This document shows, one piece after another, positions 18,627 to 29,331 of a stretch of DNA of 64,000 nt. The stretch spans positions 632,729 through 696,728 of the forward strand of contig JAWLHJ010000003.1 in NCBI GenBank assembly GCA_041690395.1. The letters are read 5' to 3'. The notes under the pieces are model-generated. The model saw only the letters and a program-made list of their open reading frames with translations, did no database searches and had not been told where the DNA came from. This stretch comes from Longimicrobiales bacterium (GTDB taxonomy: Bacteria; Gemmatimonadota; Gemmatimonadetes; Longimicrobiales; Gaopeijiaceae). Numbering within the stretch: position 1 is the stretch's first letter; each line of letters begins with the position of its first letter. A program made the translations under genes and the position numbers.

Positions 18627-20044
18627 GGCCCATAGCCACCGTCATCTCCGCCCTGGCCGTTCCCATAGCTCCCGGGCGCCACGGAATCGAAGCGCGTGTA
18701 CGCCTTCTGGAAGAAGAGCTGCACCACGCCCGTGGGTCCGTTCCGCTGCTTGCTGATGATCAACTCCGACTTGCCGTCGAGCTCCTCCTTCTTCTCCGCC
18801 GGAGCATAGTACTCGGGCCGGTAGAGGAACATGACGACATCGGCATCCTGCTCGATCGAACCGGACTCACGCAGATCGGACAGCATGGGTCGCTTGTCGG
18901 TGCGCTGCTCGGGACCACGGCTGAGCTGCGAGAGCGCGATCACGGGCACCTCGAGCTCGCGCGCGAGCGCCTTGAGGCCCCGCGAGATCTGACTCACCTC
19001 CTGCACCCGGCTCTCCGACTGCCCGGCGCCCGACATGAGCTGCATATAGTCGATCACGATCAGTCCCAGATCCTTGTCGTCGGACCGGAGCTCGGACTGG
19101 AGGCGACGCGCCTTGGCTCGGATCTCGAGGACGTTGCTTCCGGGCTGGTCGTCGATCCAGATCGGGGCGGTGTTCAGGTGACCGGCGGCGGCCGCGAGGC
19201 GTTGATGCTCCTCCTGGGAGAGGCGGCCCTTCCGCAGCTTCTGCGCGTCGATGCGTCCCTCGGAGCAGAGCAGCCGCTGCACGAGCTGCTCAGAGGACAT
19301 CTCGAGGGAGAAGATCGCGACCGGGATCTCGTGCGAGATGGCCGCGTTGGCCGCGACGTTCATGACCCAGGACGTCTTCCCCATGGACGGTCGCGCCGCC
19401 ACGATGACGAGGTCGCCCTTCTGCAGTCCCGTCGTCATCCGGTCGAGGTCCGGGAAGCCGCTCGGGACACCCGTGATCCCGGAGTCGGACTGCTGCAGCC
19501 GCTCGATGTGCTCGAACGCCGACCAGAGGATCTCCTTGATCCAGACGAAGCCTTCGCGCTTGTGGCTCTCCGCTACCTGGAAGATGCGCGCCTCGGCCTC
19601 GTCCAGGATCTCGTCGACGTCCTTCGCACCCTGCTCGTAGACGTCGCGGATGATCTGCGTCGACTGTTCGACCAGGCGCCTCAGGAGCGCCTTGTCGCGG
19701 ACGATCCGTGCATGGTACTCGATGTTCGCCGCGGTCGGAACGGCGTCGACGAGGTTGCCGAGGTAGTCGAAGCCACCGGCCGACTCGAGCTCTCCGGACT
19801 TCTTGAGCTCCTCCGACACCGTGATGACGTCGATGACGTCGCCGCGCTCGAAGAGCCGCACCATGGCCCGGTAGAGACGCCGGTTGGCCTCCCGGTAGAA
19901 CATGGTGTCGCTCAGGACCTCGACGGCGCGGGTCACGGCGTCGCGGTCGATGAGCATTCCGCCCAGGATCGCCGTCTCCGCCTCGAGCGAGAACGGGGGG
20001 GTGCGGTCGAAGACCGCCTGGGTCAGGGAGGAAGGTGCTTCCAA
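18623..20044 (-). CDS. dnaB: Replicative DNA helicase
   Basis: AARPSMGKT, FSLEMS, IDYMQLM, SQLSR, LRESGSIEQDAD, KQRNGPTG. Confidence 0.98.
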   Translation of the reverse strand: MEAPSSLTQAVFDRTPPFSLEAETAILGGMLIDRDAVTRAVEVLSDTMFYREANRRLYRAMVRLFERGDVIDVITVSEELKKSGELESAGGFDYLGNLVDAVPTAANIEYHARIVRDKALLRRLVEQSTQIIRDVYEQGAKDVDEILDEAEARIFQVAESHKREGFVWIKEILWSAFEHIERLQQSDSGITGVPSGFPDLDRMTTGLQKGDLVIVAARPSMGKTSWVMNVAANAAISHEIPVAIFSLEMSSEQLVQRLLCSEGRIDAQKLRKGRLSQEEHQRLAAAAGHLNTAPIWIDDQPGSNVLEIRAKARRLQSELRSDDKDLGLIVIDYMQLMSGAGQSESRVQEVSQISRGLKALARELEVPVIALSQLSRGPEQRTDKRPMLSDLRESGSIEQDADVVMFLYRPEYYAPAEKKEELDGKSELIISKQRNGPTGVVQLFFQKAYTRFDSVAPGSYGNGQGGDDGGYGP

Positions 20045-20123
20045 GCCGGGGCTCGATCGATGGGATGCATGGGGAAACGGACCCGCAATCTACGGGAGCC
20101 CGCAGTCGCTGAGGAGGGGCGGC

Positions 20124-21050
20124 CTACCCGGCCTCGTCCATGACGTCCCGCAGGAGCTGCAAGTCGTCCCAGAATGCCCTCGTCCAGTTCCCGTTCCTGA
20201 GCAGCGCGGCCGGGTGGTACGTCACCACGAGCGGCACGCCCTGATAGCTGTGCACCTCGCCGCGGAGCTTGCCGAGCGCCGTCTTGTCCCGCCCGGTCAG
20301 GAGCTGGGCCGAGAACGAGCCGACCGCGAGGATCGCCCGGGGCTGGACGATCTCGATCTGCTTCAGCAGGTACGGCGAGCACGTCTCGATCTCGCGCGGC
20401 TCGGGGTTCCGGTTCCCCGGCGGGCGGCATTTCAGGACGTTGCAGATGTAGACCGACTCCTCCCGCGAGAGGTCCACCGTCGCCAGGAGCAGGTCGAGGA
20501 ACTTTCCCGCCGCCCCCACGAACGGCAGGCCGGTCTCGTCCTCGTTCGCGCCCGGCGCCTCGCCGACCACCATGAGCCGCGCGTCGGGCGAGCCGTCCGC
20601 GAACACGACCTGGGTGCGGCTGTCGGACAACCCGCACCGCGTGCACCCGAGCGCGAGGTCACGGAGCGCGTCGTGGTCGTCGGGAAGGACCGGTAGGTCC
20701 GCGCGCGCGACCGGCTTCGACGCGGGCTTGCACGCCGGAGCCTCCGCCCCGGACGCCTCGGGACGGCTCGCCGTGTTCGAGCGGTCGATCTCCTCGCGGA
20801 CCAGGTCCTTCAGGGAGCGGGCGGCAGCGTCGCCCGTGGCTACGGCGCGGCCGGGGGCTTCCCGAGCCACGGCAGGGTCGGGCCGGCGGGTGGGCGCGGT
20901 GCCCGCCACCGGAGCCCGCTTCGCTTCCCGGACGAGCGCGATCAACCGCTCACGGTCGAGTCCGTCCAGGAACCACTCCGTCTCACCCATGTCGATGCTC
21001 TGACGGACGAGACGCGCGGCGACGGTGCGGAGGTCGACGTCCCCGCTCAC
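20124..21050 (-). CDS. Family-4 uracil-DNA glycosylase (4Fe-4S)
   Basis: CTRCGL, GEAPG..ED..G.PFVG, KCRPPGNR, TYHPAALLR. Confidence 0.93.
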   Translation of the reverse strand: MSGDVDLRTVAARLVRQSIDMGETEWFLDGLDRERLIALVREAKRAPVAGTAPTRRPDPAVAREAPGRAVATGDAAARSLKDLVREEIDRSNTASRPEASGAEAPACKPASKPVARADLPVLPDDHDALRDLALGCTRCGLSDSRTQVVFADGSPDARLMVVGEAPGANEDETGLPFVGAAGKFLDLLLATVDLSREESVYICNVLKCRPPGNRNPEPREIETCSPYLLKQIEIVQPRAILAVGSFSAQLLTGRDKTALGKLRGEVHSYQGVPLVVTYHPAALLRNGNWTRAFWDDLQLLRDVMDEAG

Positions 21051-22288
21051 GAGCCATGCTCCAGCGCCGGGGTCACCCGGTCCAGGATCTCATCCGCGAC
21101 CTCGTGCTTGGAGGCGAGCGGAAGCCGCTCCGGCTTGCCCTCGGCCGTCAGGATCGTGACGCGGTTCGTGTCGACCTCGAAGCCCGCGCCCTCCTCGTTG
21201 GCGTCGTTCGCGACGAGCAGGTCGAAGCCCTTGGATTCGAGCTTCTTCCGCGCGTTGGCGATCACGTCGGACGTCTCGAGGGCGAAGCCCACCGCGACGC
21301 TCCCCGCCTTGCGCCGGCTCCTCGTGTCGCGTGCGACGTCAGGATTCTCGGTCAGCGTGAGGGCGAGCCCGTCGCCCGAGTCGCGGCGCTTGAGCTTGTC
21401 GGTCCGGGCATCGACAGGCCGGTAGTCGGCGACGGCGGCGGCGAAGATCGACACGTCGGCCTCCCCGATCCGCTCCGAGACGGCGGCGTGCATGTCGACG
21501 GCCGACTCGACCCGGACCAGATCCACGCCCACCGGTGCGTCCAGCGCGGTCGGCCCGCTCACGAGAGTGACCCGCGCGCCTCTTCTCCACGCGGCGGCGG
21601 CGAGCGCGTAACCCATGCGTCCCGACGAGCGGTTCCCGACGTAGCGGACCGGGTCGATGGCCTCCCGGGTCGGGCCGGCCGTCACGAGCACGTGCCGGCC
21701 CTGCCAGCGGGCGTCGCGCCCGAGCGCCCTCCCGACGTGCGCCACGATGTCGGCCGGCTCGGTCATGCGGCCCGGCCCCTCCCCTTCACCCGCGGCGAGG
21801 GGACCGACGGCGGGACCCAGCACCTCGTAGCCCAGGGCGTTCGACAGATGCTCGATATTCGCGCGAACCTGGGGATGATCGTACATGACGTCGTTCATGG
21901 CCGGGCAGACGAGCACGGGGGCCCTGGTCGCCAGGAGCGTCGTGCAGATCAGGTCGTTCGACCGACCGTGGGCGGCCCGCGCGACGAAGTCCGCGGTCGC
22001 GGGCGCGACGCAGACGACGTCGGCCTCCCGACCCAGCCTGACGTGCAACGCGGCCCCCTCGGCGGAGAACATGTCCGTCAGGGGAAGCCGTCCGGTCACC
22101 GACTCATACGAAAGCGGCGTGACGAAGCGGAGTGCCGATCCGGTCGGCACCACGTCCACCACGCCGCCCAGCCGGGTCAGGTCCCGGGCGAGCTGCACCG
22201 TCTTGTAGGCCGCCACGCCCCCGGTCACGCCGAGGACGATCCGCCGACCCTTCCAGGGGCTACGCGGAACGAGCACGACGGGCGGCAC
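21047..22288 (-). CDS. coaBC: Phosphopantothenoylcysteine decarboxylase/synthetase
   Basis: GVTGGVAAYK, PAMN, TAGPTREAIDPVRY..NRSSGRMG, AAVADY. Confidence 0.96.
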   Translation of the reverse strand: MPPVVLVPRSPWKGRRIVLGVTGGVAAYKTVQLARDLTRLGGVVDVVPTGSALRFVTPLSYESVTGRLPLTDMFSAEGAALHVRLGREADVVCVAPATADFVARAAHGRSNDLICTTLLATRAPVLVCPAMNDVMYDHPQVRANIEHLSNALGYEVLGPAVGPLAAGEGEGPGRMTEPADIVAHVGRALGRDARWQGRHVLVTAGPTREAIDPVRYVGNRSSGRMGYALAAAAWRRGARVTLVSGPTALDAPVGVDLVRVESAVDMHAAVSERIGEADVSIFAAAVADYRPVDARTDKLKRRDSGDGLALTLTENPDVARDTRSRRKAGSVAVGFALETSDVIANARKKLESKGFDLLVANDANEEGAGFEVDTNRVTILTAEGKPERLPLASKHEVADEILDRVTPALEHGS

Positions 22289-22307
22289 GACGGAATCGTC
22301 CGTCCGC

Positions 22308-22523
22308 TTACTCTTCGCGACGCCGGCGCTTGACGAGCCTGAACTCGATCTGGCCGGAGGTCAGCGCCTCGAGCGAGCGGGTCGTGAGCTTCTTCTCTTC
22401 GCCGATCGGCATCGCCTCACGGGGAAGCGAGTTGAGCTCGCGCGCGTACTTCGCTGCGACGAGCACGCCGAGATACTTGCTCTCGGTTCCGGTCGCCACT
22501 TCCATCGGTGTGAACACCCGCAT
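22308..22523 (-). CDS. rpoZ: RNA polymerase omega subunit
   Basis: 'SKYLGVLVAAKYARELN'; lies between gmk and coaBC. Confidence 0.88.
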   Translation of the reverse strand: MRVFTPMEVATGTESKYLGVLVAAKYARELNSLPREAMPIGEEKKLTTRSLEALTSGQIEFRLVKRRRREE

Positions 22524-22571
22524 CTGGTCTCTCCCTGTCGTACTTCTGGTGACCCGCAACGAGACCCGCGC

Positions 22572-23231
22572 CTAGCTGGCCGCGCGTCCCTCGATTTCCC
22601 GCTCCAACACCCGCGCTACCTCGGCCCTCAGCCCGCGCGCGTCCTCTCTCGTGCCCGAGGTCTCACCGGGAGCCAACTCGCCCGCGACGATCGCCTCGAT
22701 CTCGGCCAGGCATCGCTCGAGATCGTCGTTGACGACCACGTAGTCGAACGCCTCGGCCGCATCCAGCTCGTCGAGCGCGGACCGCAGCCGGCGCTCGATG
22801 TCCTCCCGCCCTTCCGTTCCCCGCTCGCGAAGCCGGGTCATGAGCGACTCGGCCGAGGGCGGCAGCACGAAGATCAGCCGGGTCTCCGGGAACGCCTCCT
22901 TCACCTGACGCGCGCCCTGGACGTCGATGTCGAGCACCACGTGCGCGCCGCGCGCTGCGGCGGCCTCGAGCTCGACCCTCGGCGTCCCGTACAGTCGGCC
23001 GTGGACCTCCGCCCATTCGGCCAGCTCACCCCGCTCCACCATCGCCTCGAAGGTTTCGCGGTCCACGAAATGATAATCGATCCCGTCCCGCTCCGTACCC
23101 CTCGGGGCCCGCGTCGTGGCGGACACCGAGAACTCGTACCGCCCGGATCCGTCGACGAGCCGGCGCGACAAGGTGGTCTTGCCGGTGCCGCTCGGCGCCG
23201 CGAGGACGACGGGGCAGGCGCCGGACGTCAC
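22572..23231 (-). CDS. gmk: Guanylate kinase
   Basis: APSGTGKTT, SATTRAPR, DIDVQGA, LPPS. Confidence 0.95.
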   Translation of the reverse strand: MTSGACPVVLAAPSGTGKTTLSRRLVDGSGRYEFSVSATTRAPRGTERDGIDYHFVDRETFEAMVERGELAEWAEVHGRLYGTPRVELEAAAARGAHVVLDIDVQGARQVKEAFPETRLIFVLPPSAESLMTRLRERGTEGREDIERRLRSALDELDAAEAFDYVVVNDDLERCLAEIEAIVAGELAPGETSGTREDARGLRAEVARVLEREIEGRAAS

Positions 23232-24115
23232 TCGACGTTCTCGACCTGCTCGCGGACGCGCTCGATCTCTTCCTTCAGGCCCACCGACGCCTGGGCGATC
23301 CGCGCGTCGTTGGCCTTCGAACCGATCGTGTTCGCCTCCCGGTGCATCTCCTGGACCAGAAAGCCGAGACGCTTGCCCACGGGCTCGTCCCCCGCGGCAC
23401 CCAGCGCCTCCTTGAAGAGCTCGATGTGCGAGCGGTAGCGGACGATCTCTTCGTTGATGTCCCAGCGCTCGGCCAGGTACGCGACCTCGCGCGCGAGCCG
23501 GTCTTCGTCCACGTCCACCTGTCCGCTGAGCTCGGCGACGGCCTCCCGCAGGCGGTCGCGCTCGGCGGTGAGCCGCTCGGGCGCCCGCTCTGCCACCTCG
23601 TCGAGAAGGGCGTCCATGGCGTCCACCCTGCCACGGAGGTCCGTCTCGAGCCGGCGTCCCTCGGCTTCGCGCATCTCGCGGGCGGCCGAAGCCGCGTCGG
23701 CCGCGAGCTCCTCCACCCACTCGGGCTCGAGGCTCGCGCCCCGGTCCGGCTCGCCGCCGCGGAAGAGCTCCCCGAAGCGCGCGATCATCTGGAGGTCCAC
23801 CACACCCGGCACCGCCAGGTGCTCGCGAAGCCCCTCGAGCGCATCCTTCAACGCCTCCGCGCGCTCGAAGTCCACGTGGACCTCGCGGCCCGCACTGCCG
23901 GAGCCACGCCCTATGGTGAGCGACGCGCTCACGTGTCCCCGGGTGAGATGCCGCTTCAGCCCTTCGACGACGGAGCGCTCGAACCGGTCGAGGCCCTGCG
24001 GCGTCTTCACGCTGGTGTTGAAGAAGCGGTGGTTCACGGTACGCACCTCGATGCGAACGAGACCCTCGTCGGTCTCCCGCTCGGCGTCGCCGTACCCCGT
24101 CATGCTCCGGATCAT
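23228..24115 (-). CDS. yicC: YicC/YloC family endoribonuclease
   Basis: MIRSMTGYG, VNHRF, QEMHREANTIGSK, REQVENVE. Confidence 0.95.
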   Translation of the reverse strand: MIRSMTGYGDAERETDEGLVRIEVRTVNHRFFNTSVKTPQGLDRFERSVVEGLKRHLTRGHVSASLTIGRGSGSAGREVHVDFERAEALKDALEGLREHLAVPGVVDLQMIARFGELFRGGEPDRGASLEPEWVEELAADAASAAREMREAEGRRLETDLRGRVDAMDALLDEVAERAPERLTAERDRLREAVAELSGQVDVDEDRLAREVAYLAERWDINEEIVRYRSHIELFKEALGAAGDEPVGKRLGFLVQEMHREANTIGSKANDARIAQASVGLKEEIERVREQVENVE

Positions 24116-24179
24116 CTTCGCGCTCCATGCATAGCCGACAATACTAATACCGATGCGCGAACGACCGAAGGTGGGGCGG

Positions 24180-26078
24180 TCAGTTGCGCATGGTCCAGCG
24201 GAGGCCGTACGAGGTCCGGAGGGCCGGCAAGACCCGCCCCGGGAACGCCTGGAGGTTCCGGCGTACGGTGACGTTCTCCCAAGACACGAAGATCCGGACC
24301 GTCACGATCCGCACCTGGATGCGGGCGTCCCAGCTCTGGTAGAAGGGCACCGTCACGAGTTGCGTGCCGTCCGGATCGTCGTCCGGCGGGGGAGCGAAGA
24401 CCTGCATGGGGTCGTGGCCCCGCACCCCCACGCTCGCCCTGAGCTCCAGGTTCTCGGAGTCCATGTACACACGGTGGAAGTCGAACGCGCCCCGGTAGAT
24501 CCGCGCCGGGAGATACGGACCCGGCCGGTCCCACTCCTGGTACGAGCCCACGAGATCGAGGCCTTCGAGCGGGGTCGGCACGCGTCCGTGCGCTTCCCAT
24601 CCCCGGCGGGTCACACCTGGCACCGGGTCGGCGCCGAGGTCGGGCGCCAGCCCCAACGGCAGCGAGACGTCGTGCTCGAGCCCGAGCGCGGCCGCCGAGA
24701 CGGTCGCGCCACGCCACGAGAGCATGGCGCCCGCCCGGTAGGTCGTCCGGTCCGTGAGCCAAAGCGTGGCCGGACGGCGGGACTCCCAGGCGGGTTGCGC
24801 CGGGTCGACCGGCGCCTCCGGATCGTCGGGATCCGGCTCGGCAACCGGCGGCGGCGTGCGGTCCAGCACCGGGCCGGAGCGGGCCCCGTACCGTCCCGAG
24901 CTCCAGTCGCCGAACAGCGTGACACCCGCGAGGGGCTCCACCCAGCCGCCGACCGACCGGCTCCACGGCCGCGCCCCCTTCCAGTCCTCGCGCGTCACGC
25001 GGCCCGTGACGCCCCCGAGACCCTCGCGGCGCCACCCACCCTCGACGTCCAGGCGATTCTCGAGGAGGTCGTCTCCGCCGATGAGGCGAAACGCTCCGTC
25101 CGCCCACAGTCCGGCCGCCTCGAGCGAGAGCCGCCCCCCGTGCTGCGTGCGCCCCCCTCCTTCGGTCGCGTAGAGCGGGCGCTCGTCGTCCGTATCGACG
25201 GTGTGGCGGCCGGTGAAGAGCTCGGCCACGACGCCGTCGGCGAGTCGAGCCCGCCCCCGGAGCGTCACGTCCGTGCGGGTCACCGGCGCGGGATAGTCGG
25301 CGACCTCGGAGCGCGACCCCATGCGTCGGTAGTCGAGCGCGATACCGGCGGCCTCCCCCCGGTGGAGCTGGTACCGGACCCAACTCCCCGTCCGGCTTCC
25401 GGTCTCCCGGCCACCGGCGCCGCGCGTGTCGGAGCGCTCGAGCGCCAGGCCCAGGCTCCCGCCCAGCGCGTTCGGAGCGGTGAACGTGCCGCGGAACAGA
25501 TTGTTGTCGAGATCGCCCGTCCCGGCCTCGACCAGGGAGTACGGCCGGTGGTCCTCGTAGTCCAGCGACCACATCTCCACGAGAATCCGCCCACCGCTCC
25601 GCCTGACGCGCACGCGCTCGATCCCTCCGAGGCCGACGCGCTGCAGATCGACGACCCCTCCCGACATCGGCAGCAGCTCGAAGCCGTCACGGATGACGCG
25701 GACGCCGCCGGCGCCATGAGCGAACGCGCTGAACGCCGCGGGCGTCCCGTAATCGCCTGCCTGGAGCGGCACGACCCCGGGAACCTCGTCCACGAGCTCC
25801 ACCAGCGTGTGGGCTCCGGACGCCATGATCTGCTCGTGGTCCCAATTCCAGGTGCCCATCTCCCACCCGGAGCGGACCCCGTCGGCGTGCGCCGGGAGGT
25901 TGTGGAAGTCCGGTACGCTGTCCGTCGTCAGCGTGTCGGCCGTCACCGAATCGGGCGCCATCCGAGCGACCTCGGCCGAGTCGGGCCGTGGCAGCGAGTC
26001 GGGCACGGGGTCCTGGGCGACCGCCCCTGCCGGCCACGCGCCCAGGACGAAGAGAAGGACGGGAAAGCGCTTCGTCAC
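24180..26078 (-). CDS. Outer-membrane beta-barrel protein with N-terminal plug-like domain (hypothetical)
   Basis: Signal peptide (..AGAVAQ), plug-like 'LVELVDEVPGV..VIRDGFEL', amphipathic strands, C-terminal 'YGLRWTMRN'; GTGA overlap with pepA. Confidence 0.65.
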   Translation of the reverse strand: MTKRFPVLLFVLGAWPAGAVAQDPVPDSLPRPDSAEVARMAPDSVTADTLTTDSVPDFHNLPAHADGVRSGWEMGTWNWDHEQIMASGAHTLVELVDEVPGVVPLQAGDYGTPAAFSAFAHGAGGVRVIRDGFELLPMSGGVVDLQRVGLGGIERVRVRRSGGRILVEMWSLDYEDHRPYSLVEAGTGDLDNNLFRGTFTAPNALGGSLGLALERSDTRGAGGRETGSRTGSWVRYQLHRGEAAGIALDYRRMGSRSEVADYPAPVTRTDVTLRGRARLADGVVAELFTGRHTVDTDDERPLYATEGGGRTQHGGRLSLEAAGLWADGAFRLIGGDDLLENRLDVEGGWRREGLGGVTGRVTREDWKGARPWSRSVGGWVEPLAGVTLFGDWSSGRYGARSGPVLDRTPPPVAEPDPDDPEAPVDPAQPAWESRRPATLWLTDRTTYRAGAMLSWRGATVSAAALGLEHDVSLPLGLAPDLGADPVPGVTRRGWEAHGRVPTPLEGLDLVGSYQEWDRPGPYLPARIYRGAFDFHRVYMDSENLELRASVGVRGHDPMQVFAPPPDDDPDGTQLVTVPFYQSWDARIQVRIVTVRIFVSWENVTVRRNLQAFPGRVLPALRTSYGLRWTMRN

Positions 26079-27571
26079 CCGCTCCGGCTCCGGACCCATT
26101 GGACGAGAAGGCGGGTCGGGAAGCCGTACCCGCCCTTCCGGCGATAGGGCAGGTCGCCCTCTCCGTACGCGGTTCCGGCGATGTCGAGATGCGCCCACCG
26201 GGCATCCCCGACGAACTCCTTCAGGAAGACCGCCGCCGTGATCGTGCCCGCCGAACGCCCGCCGATGTTCTGGAGATCGGCGGTCTCGCTGTCGAGCTGC
26301 TTCCGGTACTCGTCCCAGAGCGGCAGCTGCCAGCAGCGCTCTCCGGACACGGTGCCGGCGTCGAGCAGCTCCCGCACCAGCGCCTCGTCGTTGCCCAGCA
26401 CGGCGGCCGCCTGGTCTCCGAGCGCGACGACCACGGCCCCGGTGAGGGTCGCGCAGTCCACCATGGCCGCCGGGCCCAGACGCGCTCCGAACGCCAGCGC
26501 GTCGGCCAGGATCAGCCGGCCCTCGGCGTCCGTGTTGATCACCTCGACCGTCTTGCCGGCCAGGGTCCGGATGACGTCACCGGGCTTGACCGCGGTCCCC
26601 GACGGAAGGTTCTCGGACGACGGCACGATGCCGACGACGTTCGCCCTCACGCCCAGCTCGGCGATCGCCTGCATGGCGCCGATGACCGCCGCCCCGCCCG
26701 ACATGTCGAACTTCATGTCCTGCATGCCGAGGGACGGCTTGATCGAGATGCCGCCGGCGTCGAAGGTGAGCCCCTTCCCGACGAGCACCAGGGGCGGATC
26801 GCCCTTCTCGCCCCCCTCGTGCCGCATGACGATCAGGCGCGCTTCTTCCTCGGAGCCACGGGACACGGCCAGGATCGCGTGCATCCCCTCCTCCACCATG
26901 CGCGCCTCGTCGTAGATGTCGACGGACATGCCGACGGAGCCCGCGATCCGGACGGCCTCCTCGGCGAGGTGGGTGGGCGTCGCGAGGTTTCCCGGACGGG
27001 ACTGCAGCGTGCGCGCGAGGTTCTCGCCGCGCGCGATGGCGGCTCCGGCCATGGTGGCGTTGCCCCGGGCGTCGTCGTGTCCGGCGCCGACCAGGTCGAC
27101 GGCGCGGACGGGCACGACCGGGTTCTCGTCATCGGGTGTCTTCAGCTCGGTGAAGCGCCACGCGGCCAGCGCCGCGCCCTCCGCGGCGGCCTGCGCCACG
27201 ATGTCCGGCGCCAGCGCGTCGAACCCCTCCAGCGACACGGCTCCGGACTCCATCCGGAATCGCTCGGCCGCACGAACCAGTCTCCCCGCCGTGCGACGCA
27301 CCGTCTCGGCATCGACCTTCTCGGCCTTGCCGAGCCCGAGGAGCAGCACCCGCTCCGGACCTTTCGCCGTTCCCGGGGAGAAGAGGAGCAACTCGTCGTC
27401 CGGGCGTCCCCTCATGTCGCCGCGCTGCAGGGCCCGGGCGATCTGGCCTCCGAGGACCTCGTCGAGATCCGCGAGCGCCCCCTGAGGGGTCTCGGTCCCG
27501 CGCGGGATGCCGACCCCGAGGATAGGCGTCTCATGGGCCTCCGGCTTCACATCGACGTAACGGAGCTGCAT
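26075..27571 (-). CDS. pepA: Leucyl aminopeptidase (M17)
   Basis: VGKGLTFDAGG, MKFDMSG, NTDAEGRL, TLTGA, HLDIAG. Confidence 0.96.
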   Translation of the reverse strand: MQLRYVDVKPEAHETPILGVGIPRGTETPQGALADLDEVLGGQIARALQRGDMRGRPDDELLLFSPGTAKGPERVLLLGLGKAEKVDAETVRRTAGRLVRAAERFRMESGAVSLEGFDALAPDIVAQAAAEGAALAAWRFTELKTPDDENPVVPVRAVDLVGAGHDDARGNATMAGAAIARGENLARTLQSRPGNLATPTHLAEEAVRIAGSVGMSVDIYDEARMVEEGMHAILAVSRGSEEEARLIVMRHEGGEKGDPPLVLVGKGLTFDAGGISIKPSLGMQDMKFDMSGGAAVIGAMQAIAELGVRANVVGIVPSSENLPSGTAVKPGDVIRTLAGKTVEVINTDAEGRLILADALAFGARLGPAAMVDCATLTGAVVVALGDQAAAVLGNDEALVRELLDAGTVSGERCWQLPLWDEYRKQLDSETADLQNIGGRSAGTITAAVFLKEFVGDARWAHLDIAGTAYGEGDLPYRRKGGYGFPTRLLVQWVRSRSG

Positions 27572-27739
27572 GGGGTGTGTCCAAGGAGGAAAGGCGCGGG
27601 TCCGAGCCAACGGGCGCGCGCTGCGTCGGGCGCGTACCCGGGGGCCCGGAATTGCACGGAAGCTACCCGGGGAAGCGGAGCCGGATCAAGGCGGACGCCC
27701 GCAGCACCGGCCCGGTGAGAAGGCGCCGACCGGCGACGC

Positions 27740-29329
27740 TCAGAACGAGCGCCAGAGCCCCAGCTGCAGCCTCGTCCCTCCAAGGCTCGTGCCCCACTGC
27801 CTCTGTCCGGCGACGGTGGTCCGGAGATCCTCGAACAACCGGAACCCGAGCCTCAGGTCGACCGCATGAGAGATCAGGTCCTCCTGCGACCTCGTCGTGC
27901 GGTAGAGGCGATAGGCGAGCTGAGCGTCGACCGGTCCGATACTCCCGGACGCGCCCGGGCCGACGGCGAGTGAGCGGAGATCTTCCCGGGCCCAGAGTCT
28001 CCCGGACGCGCGGAGCCACACGCGTCCCGCACGTTGATCGAATGCCGCCGCGACCGAGCGGCCCCGGGCGGCGTCACCCCAGCGCATGACGGCACCGTCC
28101 ACGGACACGCCTCCGGTCGCGTGCCGGACCGACAGGCCCAGGGAGCGCTCGTCACGGACCGGGGCTCCGACCAGAAGCGTGTCTCCCGCCAGCCCCGAGC
28201 GCCTCCGCGCGAAGCCGCCTTCCAGCGCGAGCGGACCCCACACGTCGACGGACCCGCGCAGGCGGAGCCGCCCCACGGTGAGGGAAGAAGCGTCGAAGGG
28301 TCGATCCACCCTCACATCGCTCGTCAGGGCCAGAGGCCCGGCCCTCGCCGACTGACTCCACCCCGCGAACGTGCGTCGATACCCCGGTCCCTCCCGGAGC
28401 CAATGGAGCGAGACGTCGGACGCGTAGCGCCACGTGCGCCCTCCGAGGCGGAGGTCGGTGAATACGGTGGCCTTGGGAAGATCCGTCGAGAACCCCTCGT
28501 CCGACCGGGATGGCTCCAGCCCGGCCGCCGCTCCGACCCCGAACCTGCGTCCCCCACCCCGGATCAGCATGCCGTCCCAGTAGGCGCTGAAACGCTCGTA
28601 AGGATTGTAGAATCGACCGACGCGCACGTCCATCGGGACACGCTCGAAGCGCCGCGACACGGACAGCTCATAGGCGCGCAGGCTCACCGCGGGAACCGCC
28701 GCGAACGTCTCCCCGTAGCGATAGGCGGCGCGGAGGTTGCCACGCACGGAGATCCCCCCCGGGAGCTCGGTCGCCGTGAACGCCAGCCGACCGACCGAGC
28801 TCGCGAAGCGACGCCGGGTGTCTCCGAACGACGAGCCCGTCCAGGAGGTCCGCGACTCCCGGGCGTCCAGCTCGAGTCCCATCCGCCCCCGCACCCTCGG
28901 GCCGGTCACGGGATCGTCATCTCGCGCCACCGTGGTCGCCACGGGAATCGGGGTCGGCGCGTCGGCCGGACCCTCACGCGGGGCCCCGTCGTCGGCCGAC
29001 CGAAGCAGAACGTAGACCGCCCCGCCCCGCTCCAGCTCCATCGAGCCCGGAAGGAGCGCAGCCACCGAACGTCTTCGAGAGACCGACAGCACCTCCAACC
29101 TCGCACCCGGCGCGTCTGCGGTCGCCGACAGATAGGCGACCAGGGTGTCCCCCATCGATACACCGTGGTCGACGCCGATCGGCAGGTAGATCCCCTCGAC
29201 GCCGACGTAGTCGACGGTGACGAGCGTGCGGGGCGGCTCCTGCCCGGAGACCGGGGCGGCGGCCGAGACGGCGACCGAGGCCATGCCGAGGCCCACACCC
29301 AAGACGAGCGTCCTGACGGCCCGCAACAC
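27740..29329 (-). CDS. Putative outer-membrane beta-barrel (porin) of the cytochrome operon
   Basis: GTG with GGAG RBS, signal peptide, small N-terminal beta domain, Pro-rich linker, many amphipathic strands, C-terminal 'LQLGLWRSF' (terminal Phe). Confidence 0.7.
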   Translation of the reverse strand: MLRAVRTLVLGVGLGMASVAVSAAAPVSGQEPPRTLVTVDYVGVEGIYLPIGVDHGVSMGDTLVAYLSATADAPGARLEVLSVSRRRSVAALLPGSMELERGGAVYVLLRSADDGAPREGPADAPTPIPVATTVARDDDPVTGPRVRGRMGLELDARESRTSWTGSSFGDTRRRFASSVGRLAFTATELPGGISVRGNLRAAYRYGETFAAVPAVSLRAYELSVSRRFERVPMDVRVGRFYNPYERFSAYWDGMLIRGGGRRFGVGAAAGLEPSRSDEGFSTDLPKATVFTDLRLGGRTWRYASDVSLHWLREGPGYRRTFAGWSQSARAGPLALTSDVRVDRPFDASSLTVGRLRLRGSVDVWGPLALEGGFARRRSGLAGDTLLVGAPVRDERSLGLSVRHATGGVSVDGAVMRWGDAARGRSVAAAFDQRAGRVWLRASGRLWAREDLRSLAVGPGASGSIGPVDAQLAYRLYRTTRSQEDLISHAVDLRLGFRLFEDLRTTVAGQRQWGTSLGGTRLQLGLWRSF

Positions 29330-29331
29330 GG

